DNA of 64,000 nucleotides from Candidatus Iainarchaeum sp. (GTDB lineage: Archaea; B1Sed10-29; WALL01): assembly GCA_023129115.1 (NCBI GenBank), contig JAGMCR010000015.1, positions 1 to 64,000 of the forward strand, in the 5' to 3' direction. Shown piece after piece: positions 57,901 to 64,000 of this stretch (the first letter of the stretch is position 1; every line of letters starts with the position of its first letter). The notes beneath the pieces were generated by a model that saw only the letters and a list, made by a program, of their open reading frames with translations, searched no databases and was not told the DNA's origin. The position numbers and the translations under genes were made by a program.

Positions 57901-58387
57901 TAAACTACGTGTACAAGAAACTCCTAAGGTTATAATGCAGAACATCGTTGCCCACGTAACCAAACCGAAGGACCACTTGCTGTTTATCTCAACATTTGAT
58001 TATGAGGGGATCTTAACTTTAGATACGGTTGTGAACATCAGTCCCAAAGCGGATTTCGACCCGTTTGTTTTAGTGGGAATACTCAATTCTAAACTATTTT
58101 CTTGGTATGCGTACCGATTCATTTACGCCAAAGCAATAAGAAATATGCATTTTGACAAATGCCATCTGAATAAATCGCCTTTGTGTAAGCTCCCAATCAA
58201 CAAAAGAGTTTATAACCGATTGAGATCTTTGGTTGATGAATGCTGCACTATAGGGAAAAATGGTCAAATCCCCAAAAATCTTGAAGAAGAATGGTCTACA
58301 AAAGAAAAGGAAATAAACGAATTAGTTTATGAGGCGTATGGGCTTGGTAGAGAGGACAGCAAAATTATAGAGCGTAGTTTCCGTTAA
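54974..58387 (+). CDS. Type IIG (Eco57I-like) restriction-modification fusion enzyme
   Basis: N-terminal D..ETK..Q...Y..TNG nuclease; YNGGLF, LGHIYE, GVYYTP, DPACGSG, IGNPPY; TaqI-like C-terminus GILNS. Confidence 0.92.
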   Translation: MTEKEQLAGEPLFNKLVVEFQLRSFDRPLHSFGKEQKTEYELFKSTVLDDLPEVLMGDIGKENPTVIAQYLSGTEENVKNKVIEPLLCQFLGFKKKQFQYEPAVRMEDGTGHIDIVINVDPKYKILVETKSWRTDLNKRVGKYKKSAIVQAFEYAEAHGINWVVVTNGYELRLYNRKEGSTKYEKFLLDDLNNPLAVGRTSAFHPKRVYTLLSNESFVSRIQDKILEQSEEHLNDLGEYIYEVIKELRNELANNILRKDKQIIQRYMESSGLTEKQSNQLVLDIIQTFIDRLIFIRFAEGRGLLPEPYDANFTAHLKELWQTARADIPDLTFFDYLRKLFRKIDEGNFKDPNRRFFGYNGGLFAPNTILDNPHFQIDDHVVWDVILRLNKYAPKKKTKKIKHLMLEKNEKINFSEVPVEVLGHIYEKYLGLSIDLDWKSIHPKVIIDETKEKRKEAGVYYTPKHITEYIVKNTVGSFLKENLDRLDNINVVDPACGSGTFLLSAYEYLFDNQIETTALSDKSLKSYVVRIKKLIKILSQRDTAIKDKEKLAEKVGLSLFEINNTIQDLLGKNILLISPDGYYRLSPKMYDKEMINEDLLTQYLKSKLRFLALDMVTNKKKVHINEHILKTNLHGVDLQSRAVEITKLSLWLKTAIKNAKLINLGTQILEGNSLITGVEGPEELKQFKTELNEIIKLEEHLESLDETKESHQKIRKLVNEIKSDKKELVELLDKNLVKEDDEGYFDNIKNIKPFDWEVEFPTVFDDGNNPGFDVVIGNPPYSAKLSKAERGYIRDTYPATKGNTDTAIAFINHAYTLLKKGGYLGFIVPKSLLYSDTWVACREFILPDLVKLVDVSKAFEGVRLEQVIIILKKGSASKTYAIEFLGSTKHHEIKKSNLKKFGIILNEIGQDELKLGLNLSGKARLSDVADLERGLGLQDELSQTGSKRIYGGSSVGRFLLKPTDRFISSTTYAKHANKLRVQETPKVIMQNIVAHVTKPKDHLLFISTFDYEGILTLDTVVNISPKADFDPFVLVGILNSKLFSWYAYRFIYAKAIRNMHFDKCHLNKSPLCKLPINKRVYNRLRSLVDECCTIGKNGQIPKNLEEEWSTKEKEINELVYEAYGLGREDSKIIERSFR

Positions 58388-58466
58388 GTATCCAGAGCTG
58401 GCACTCTATAATGAGCAGTTTGTATAAATGAGATTGCCGATATTTTTCGCCTTTTTGCATAGAGCT

Positions 58467-58757
58467 TCACAATATACCTTTTTTCATTGCTTTCTTAACT
58501 AACTGCTTTGCTATCCGCTTATCACAAGACAAGGGCCTCTGGCCGTAGATCCAGTGGTTTTTTCCTTCTGGTTTAACCCAATAAGTAAATCGGACTCCAG
58601 TTTCTCCTTCATCCCATTTTATTAGCTGTATCTTACGCTTAAACGTTCCTTCGCCGGGATAGGACGTTGTATGCTCTACTTCATCCAACACGGTGCCTTG
58701 AACTAATTCACCACTGAGAGCAGTATACTCCGTACGGTCACCAATAGTTTGCACCAT
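58467..58757 (-). CDS. Small hypothetical protein (cargo)
   Basis: 96-aa ORF after Ada remnant 3. Confidence 0.65.
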   Translation of the reverse strand: MVQTIGDRTEYTALSGELVQGTVLDEVEHTTSYPGEGTFKRKIQLIKWDEGETGVRFTYWVKPEGKNHWIYGQRPLSCDKRIAKQLVKKAMKKGIL

Positions 58758-58799
58758 AAAACTAATTAAAGCGAACAGAGTTATATTCCTATCGGTAGC

Positions 58800-58881
58800 C
58801 TAGCAATACGCCGCCCGCCTATACCCCTTATACCCCCTATCCCGCCCTCTCGAAGCAAAGCTGGTTTTCCTGCTTTAGCCT
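58800..58881 (-). pseudogene. 3' remnant 3 (degenerate) of the Ada-domain gene
   Basis: RLKQENQLCFE ... frameshift ... GYRRAAYC*. Confidence 0.75.
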
Positions 58882-58938
58882 TGGGAGAAATCTTGGGTTT
58901 GAACATAGGAATAAAAAGTAGTTTGGGGTGGATAACTT

Positions 58939-59712
58939 GTGTTAAATGAACTGGAAGAGTACTATAAGGGCCAAGGCATATACTCTATTGGTTTCCATTG
59001 TAAACATCTTGAGTCATGCCTCTCAAAAGTAGATAACCCCCATGAGTTCACTAAAGGTAAAGCTGCTTATGTAGGCCAAAAATATGAAGAGGGGCTCGTG
59101 CCCCGGCTGCTCTTCTTATCACTAGATGCAGGCGCACAGAACGAAGATCCTGTCAAACGAACACTTATTGGGGTTAGGGGAGAAACTGAAAAAAACCCCT
59201 TAACTGATGGCAAACACAAACACTGGTATAAAACACATGAATTTGCTTGTAGTGTGTTTAATGAGCTTTGTGGTGAAAAACGGTTTGGTGTACACCAAAT
59301 AAAACCGTATTTTGCTCATACTAATAGTGCCAAATGTTGTATGAATAACCCCCATAATGCGGAAGCAAACTCTACTTTGTTCCACAATTGTAGGGAGTAT
59401 ATCCTGCCTGAAATTGAAATCTTGGCACCAGAAGTGGTTGTAACACAAGGGAATCGCGCGTGGGACGTCATTGCCACAGAATTAAACAAGAAAATAACTC
59501 CATTATCAAAAGAGATGAACCTATCCCACAACCCAGACTACGATTTAAGAGAGATTGAGTACCCAAAAAATAAAAGAGTTATGTGGGTTCATCACTACCA
59601 CCCCCGCAGTGGGAGGTACTTTGCTAAAAATCTTGAGAAGTATGAAGTATATGCAAAAGAAATCGCTACTTTTTTAAGAAAACATTATCCAAAAAAAGTT
59701 AAGAATGTGTAG
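58939..59712 (+). CDS. Uracil-DNA glycosylase superfamily protein
   Basis: LFLSLD, TNSAKC, NC..Y...EIEIL.PEVVVTQG, HHYHP. Confidence 0.7.
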   Translation: MLNELEEYYKGQGIYSIGFHCKHLESCLSKVDNPHEFTKGKAAYVGQKYEEGLVPRLLFLSLDAGAQNEDPVKRTLIGVRGETEKNPLTDGKHKHWYKTHEFACSVFNELCGEKRFGVHQIKPYFAHTNSAKCCMNNPHNAEANSTLFHNCREYILPEIEILAPEVVVTQGNRAWDVIATELNKKITPLSKEMNLSHNPDYDLREIEYPKNKRVMWVHHYHPRSGRYFAKNLEKYEVYAKEIATFLRKHYPKKVKNV

Positions 59713-59734
59713 AACGAAACGGCTCAATGATGGC

Positions 59735-59764
59735 CTAAGACCACGCCGCCTTCCTATAGCCCTG
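59735..59764 (-). pseudogene. 3' remnant 2 of the Ada-domain gene
   Basis: QGYRKAAWS*. Confidence 0.75.
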
Positions 59765-59777
59765 AAGCGATTTTGTT

Positions 59778-59915
59778 TCATGCTTCATTGAGGGCGTCTT
59801 TTAATTGTTTCAGGCAGCCATCACAAAGGAGTATGTTACCTACTTTATGACCCATAGTCCCCTCATCATCTAGTTCATCCATAACTACATCATCACAAAA
59901 CGCACATTTGGACAT
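59778..59915 (-). CDS. 45-aa Zn-finger protein (not in the ORF track)
   Basis: MSKCAFCDD...LLCDGCLKQLKDALNEA; TTTAAATA box upstream on the minus strand. Confidence 0.65.
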   Translation of the reverse strand: MSKCAFCDDVVMDELDDEGTMGHKVGNILLCDGCLKQLKDALNEA

Positions 59916-59954
59916 GAACAGACTTTACACTAAAGTATATTTAAAGTTGACTGT

Positions 59955-60038
59955 TCAACACCACACCGCCTTCCTATACCCCTCACCCTCCGCTTGTTGA
60001 GCCGTCTCGAACCAAACCCTGTTCTCCGGCTTAATCCT
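59955..60038 (-). pseudogene. 3' remnant 1 of the Ada-domain gene
   Basis: RIKPENRVWFETAQQAEGEGYRKAVWC* versus RIKPENRIYFDNTVEAEDAGYRKALVC*. Confidence 0.92.
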
Positions 60039-61887
60039 TAACCCTTTGATTTAAGTTTTTTACAAACTCGACATAAAGTGGGTATCTTTCTTTTACTTGG
60101 GAGATACTTTTATTTTTGATGTCCAAAATAACCGCTCTCACGATTTGTTTCTTTAACTCTTCAAGACGCCCATCTGTATGGATTTTTTCTCGTTTTTTTA
60201 TCGTTTTTATGTGACTAAGAATCGCTGCATCACCCGGAGAATTAAACGTATATCCGTACAGTTTATTTGCAAGGGATAGGACAATCTCCTCAGGTAATAA
60301 GTCCTCTGTAGTAGCTTTAGGTTTAGGTACGTCAACGAGGTCCTTTAATTCAAAAGTCTTGTTTTTGAAGGCTGTGTCGGTAGTGACAATAGTTCTTTTG
60401 ACACCTTGACCGTCTTTATCTGAGTCAACTACTACAAACCCTTTCACTAATTTTTGATCAAAGAACTTGGCGTATCTAGGTATTTGTTTTACTCCCGTTG
60501 CAAAGATTGTTTTTATTCGAGAGGGTTTAATCTTAGTTTTAAATTTCCGGGTGAATGTATCAAATAAGTCTTTATCAATTCTTCCTTCAAATATGATGAC
60601 ATTTGGCTCAATGAGTTCATAAATCGTTGTACCGAGTGCTTCGTATATTACCTCTTCTTGGAGGGGGTCGTCTCTACTAACTCTCTGGATTTTGGTTTCG
60701 CCGTTTTCCTTAATCACGTTATAATGGCGGTCTATGTCTTTTTTATCTACCATAAATATTGAATGTGATGCGCAAAATACTATGTTATTTTTCGCTATAT
60801 TCAGTAGTTCATCTCTAAGGTATCTCACGCTACTAGGATGTAAACTTCTTTCAGGTTCGTCAAGAAGGATGACTTTATTTCTCAGTTGGTTTATTTTGTT
60901 CTCAACTGAAAGAGTAAGTAGTATAGATATAAAATGCTGGAAACCATCACTCCGCTGTTTCATAGTAAACTTTGGCGTGACGTTATCTTTATCTTCTACA
61001 AAGACAATACATTGATTATTCGCTTCGAACCTTAGGGATATGTTAATCTTGTGTTCTGGCCATAACTCGTTTAAGTGTTTGGTTATCGCTTTTGATAATA
61101 TCCCTTCCATTTCAGCTCTATCTCCAGGACTTTTTTGTATCCGGTCTAGATTAGTGATTAAGGCCTCCCCCTCAAAACCCGCTAAGTGGAAAATATTCCT
61201 CAGAGGGATAGAAGTGTCTAGATTCTGTCTAAATTGCTCTAGATTAATTGGTTCATTTATTAAGTGTTTGGGGTCTGGTTTCCATAGAATCACTTCAGGC
61301 AGTAGGGCATCTAACTGTCCGCCTATTTGGGGTCCAACATTCTTACTTAAAATAGCTTCATCAAGCTTAGTATACCTATCATCTAAAGGGTCATTTAAAC
61401 GGTTTAAAATCTCCTTAGACTCATCGGACTTATCCAACGAAACTTCAAGCGAGATCTTATTCTTTTCGCTATCGTAAATAAAGTGGTCGTATTTGATTCC
61501 TCCAAAATGGAGGTTGTAACTGTCTTCCTTTTTCGAATTTTTATCAAATGAAACTAGTTTTTCAACTCCAGTTATCTTAATTTGCCGACGTAGCGAAGGA
61601 GGCCCATCAATCTTTTCAACAATCTTGGGGAGATCACCATCTTCTAATCCGAAAAGATAGTTTAGTTCAACCTTTTCGTTTTGAGAACGGGCTTTTTTGT
61701 TGCAGTCAACATCGTATTGGAAGTCTAATCCGCTCTGTAGGAGGCTTATGGCTCGCAGAATATTGCTTTTACCTGTTCCATTTATACCAAAAAACATGAA
61801 GCACTTTTTGTCAGCTATTTCTTCGATACTCACCTCTAAATCCTTTACACAACGATAATTAGATATCGTAATTTTCTTAAGTAACAT
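60031..61887 (-). CDS. OLD-family ABC ATPase plus TOPRIM nuclease (defence)
   Basis: GINGTGKS Walker A, RSDG, LLDEPE..LHP, SHS; TOPRIM IFEGRID and VDSD. Confidence 0.85.
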   Translation of the reverse strand: MLLKKITISNYRCVKDLEVSIEEIADKKCFMFFGINGTGKSNILRAISLLQSGLDFQYDVDCNKKARSQNEKVELNYLFGLEDGDLPKIVEKIDGPPSLRRQIKITGVEKLVSFDKNSKKEDSYNLHFGGIKYDHFIYDSEKNKISLEVSLDKSDESKEILNRLNDPLDDRYTKLDEAILSKNVGPQIGGQLDALLPEVILWKPDPKHLINEPINLEQFRQNLDTSIPLRNIFHLAGFEGEALITNLDRIQKSPGDRAEMEGILSKAITKHLNELWPEHKINISLRFEANNQCIVFVEDKDNVTPKFTMKQRSDGFQHFISILLTLSVENKINQLRNKVILLDEPERSLHPSSVRYLRDELLNIAKNNIVFCASHSIFMVDKKDIDRHYNVIKENGETKIQRVSRDDPLQEEVIYEALGTTIYELIEPNVIIFEGRIDKDLFDTFTRKFKTKIKPSRIKTIFATGVKQIPRYAKFFDQKLVKGFVVVDSDKDGQGVKRTIVTTDTAFKNKTFELKDLVDVPKPKATTEDLLPEEIVLSLANKLYGYTFNSPGDAAILSHIKTIKKREKIHTDGRLEELKKQIVRAVILDIKNKSISQVKERYPLYVEFVKNLNQRVKD

Positions 61888-61967
61888 GCCCTACACCCTG
61901 CCTTCAAACGTTAGCATTCTTTCTAAAAAAGCGTATTTATAATTGTTTGTTACTCCTTGCCGAGGGT

Positions 61968-62186
61968 TTAACAAACCAAAGCTTTCCTATACCCCGCATC
62001 TTCTGCCTCAACAGTGTTATCAAAATAGATTCGATTCTCCGGCTTAATCCTATTAGCATACATGCACCCCGGCCGGTGATAAACGTCCGAGTTCTTGCTG
62101 CCCACGAACGGGCCTTCGTAGGTCAAGTCATCCCACTGCAGGGCGAGGACGAGGAGCACAACGACAAAGACAAGCCACAGCTTCAT
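61968..62186 (-). CDS. Small secreted Ada-type metal-binding domain protein; second array anchor
   Basis: Hydrophobic N-terminus; FVGSKNSDVYHRPGC...IKPENRIYF...A..AGYR...C. Confidence 0.85.
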   Translation of the reverse strand: MKLWLVFVVVLLVLALQWDDLTYEGPFVGSKNSDVYHRPGCMYANRIKPENRIYFDNTVEAEDAGYRKALVC

Positions 62187-62281
62187 TCCTTGACCCCCGC
62201 GATTTTCTCGAGCGCCACGGCTATGCGCTCAAGCAGAGAAAGGGCTTTTTTGGCGAAGGAGAGGCGGTTGGGGTCTGTCAT
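62183..62281 (-). CDS. 32-aa peptide ORF
   Basis: MTDPNRLSFAKKALSLLERIAVALEKIAGVKE; ATGA-coupled to the Ada-domain gene. Confidence 0.5.
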   Translation of the reverse strand: MTDPNRLSFAKKALSLLERIAVALEKIAGVKE

Positions 62282-62289
62282 GGCACCAC

Positions 62290-62311
62290 TATTGCACTAT
62301 ACAGTACAATA
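62290..62311. promoter_or_regulatory. Imperfect palindrome, putative operator
   Basis: TATTGCACT-ATAC-AGTACAATA between divergent genes next to a wHTH regulator. Confidence 0.5.
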
Positions 62312-62355
62312 TTATACAATACACTATATTTAATGATTTCGGTTAAGCCTTTCCG

Positions 62356-62601
62356 ATGAGAAAAAAGCGTAGCAGCATGGAGATAAAGAGGGTAATCCTA
62401 GAGACGCTCAGTAAGCAGAATGAGCTCTCGTTTTATGCCTTGGCGAAGGCAGCAAAAACCGGCTTCAGGAGCATCAAAAATAACTGTGAAGAGCTCCAAG
62501 CAACAGGAGACATAAACATAACCAAAATTGGGGCAAGGCCGTTCTATTTTGTCTCTATAACAAAGAAGGGAAAAACTACGTTGAAACACTTGAAGAAATA
62601 A
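62356..62601 (+). CDS. Winged-helix transcription regulator
   Basis: KRSSMEIKRVILE..LSFYALAK...ITKKGK. Confidence 0.8.
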   Translation: MRKKRSSMEIKRVILETLSKQNELSFYALAKAAKTGFRSIKNNCEELQATGDINITKIGARPFYFVSITKKGKTTLKHLKK

Positions 62602-62647
62602 AATGTTTAAACTCGATTTTTTATACTACAGAACTCCAATAAGGACT

Positions 62648-63139
62648 ATGCCCTGCAAACCGGATTTAACCCTCTTGATTGGATTGGTGGCTATTGTTTT
62701 AGCAATCAGCATTTATCTGAATACTCTTGCCTTTAACGATTTTGAGTCAGCAAACCACAAATGCCAGGACACTAAAGTCACAGATTGCTTTAAGACTCAT
62801 AATCTGACAAAGATTGCTAATGGAGTATTGGGTTTGCAGAGGGTATTTCATACTCTTTTCTTCATTGGTGTTATAGCCTTGGTCTTGAAAGTCAGTGACA
62901 GACCAAGGGAAGGACATGATGCCAGTTTGGCAAAAAGTTCAGAAGACTGTTACATTCGCTTGGTGTTCTGTGCCATGGCCTTATGGGCTTGTTTCCTGTT
63001 CCTACAAGAACTATTGCAACAAAATCTGTATCCCTCACTAGCAATACTTGACGGATTATCTTCGTCAATTGTATTAGTCTCCGCTTACAGTGCTATTTCT
63101 CTTTTTCTGCTGTGCGGGGATGTAAAAAAAGATTGTTGA
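62648..63139 (+). CDS. Hypothetical membrane protein
   Basis: Four hydrophobic segments; low GC; start uncertain. Confidence 0.6.
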   Translation: MPCKPDLTLLIGLVAIVLAISIYLNTLAFNDFESANHKCQDTKVTDCFKTHNLTKIANGVLGLQRVFHTLFFIGVIALVLKVSDRPREGHDASLAKSSEDCYIRLVFCAMALWACFLFLQELLQQNLYPSLAILDGLSSSIVLVSAYSAISLFLLCGDVKKDC

Positions 63140-63140
63140 A

Positions 63141-63227
63141 CGGACCACTCAGAAGACTAAGTCGTTTAAGGGGATGAGTGAGTGTGTGGCTGAGGCGTTG
63201 GGGGAGTGGTTGGATAGGAACAAGTAA
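63141..63227 (+). pseudogene. Probable 3' remnant of a ribbon-helix-helix-like gene
   Basis: RTTQKTKSFKGMSECVAEALGEWLDRNK*; no upstream in-frame start; G-rich patch in AT-rich context. Confidence 0.45.
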
Positions 63228-63284
63228 GCCTCAGACAGTAAAAACGAAGAGGATATTAAGCATGCCCTCGTAAGTAATACACCC

Positions 63285-63962
63285 ATGTTCAATATAGAAG
63301 AAGAAAACATAAAACTAACGCGACACGGAATGCCAGATTTAATTGAAACTACAAAAGGCACAACCCGTTACCTCAAAAAAACGTATGGGGACGCAAAGAA
63401 GAAAATGCGGATAGACGATCCTTTTTTTATTGCTTTTAGTTACTTTCTCCTTGTACCTATGTATGCCCGATCAGCATATGAACAAGCACTTTTAGGGCGT
63501 TATGCTGTTTCTCTCAATAACACCCGTTTCATTTTTGAAACAGCGTGTATGATGCGGCATTACCGAATCCGCCCAACTACTTTTAAAAGATGGTTAAAAG
63601 AAGAAAAGAGATATGGGCAAGTATACCAAGGCCTGATTGGTGATGCAGAGGTTGACGCTAATTATCGAGAGTTTTACGTCTTCTTATGTGATCATTGTCA
63701 TCCTACCCGCCAAACCCTAGCCCCATTCTTCAGAAAAGATTCCAAAACTAGAAAGATTATCTACGAACCATTCCACAGATTTGACGAAAAAAAGGCGATT
63801 GTGTCTTTGATTAGCTTACTAAAAAGCTGTGTCTATGTCATTAAAGAGTGTAGATATGTATTATTCCAAGAAAGTGACGAGGGGTTTGACACAACGACAA
63901 AGGAGATACTTAAGGATATAAAAGAAAAGGGAGAGATATATAAATATGCATACAAAAATTAG
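63285..63962 (+). CDS. Hypothetical protein, DUF5677/HEPN-like
   Basis: RFIFE and Y.FLCDHCHP patterns. Confidence 0.55.
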   Translation: MFNIEEENIKLTRHGMPDLIETTKGTTRYLKKTYGDAKKKMRIDDPFFIAFSYFLLVPMYARSAYEQALLGRYAVSLNNTRFIFETACMMRHYRIRPTTFKRWLKEEKRYGQVYQGLIGDAEVDANYREFYVFLCDHCHPTRQTLAPFFRKDSKTRKIIYEPFHRFDEKKAIVSLISLLKSCVYVIKECRYVLFQESDEGFDTTTKEILKDIKEKGEIYKYAYKN

Positions 63963-64000
63963 GTTATCAACCACATGGACCAAAAACTCGTGGACTGGAT

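Noticed and set aside
27450-58387. Classical integron, provirus or IS-built island
   Set aside because: No tyrosine/serine recombinase, transposase or viral structural genes, and no consistent attC R-box (GTTRRRY) pattern that I could see.

Overview
Archaeal chromosomal window, probably DPANN-like (inferred from archaeal LeuRS/AlaRS, an archaeal RNase P RNA, TATA promoters about 25 nt before start codons, and many basic orphan proteins). 1-27 kb is GC-rich core: a giant K/E-rich protein, leuS, alaS, a CPA2 antiporter, an RNase H-like exonuclease, RNase P RNA, CAP and beta-propeller surface proteins, a cold-shock protein and a CPBP protease. About 27-64 kb is an accessory/defence island (HicAB, Doc, RelE, AbiE-like NTases, DUF3800-like genes, type IIG RM, UDG-like, OLD-family ATPase/nuclease) with no recognisable integrase or transposase. 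The main observation is how the island is built. Cargo genes are stacked on both sides of a PD-(D/E)XK (Cas4/AddB-like) nuclease gene (49136-50284) and are separated by diverged remnants of that gene's own ends: promoter and 5' codons upstream, last codons downstream. The same pattern occurs behind a second anchor, an Ada-type Zn-domain gene (61968-62186). Junctions often fall on cargo stop codons. This looks like an integrase-free, polarised gene-capture array. Also notable: candidate small RNAs convergent with DUF3800-like genes, a covarying modular hairpin repeat, a type-M-like RNase P RNA, and a free-standing mini-paralogue of the AlaRS helical segment. All family calls are from motif recognition by eye; no searches were run.
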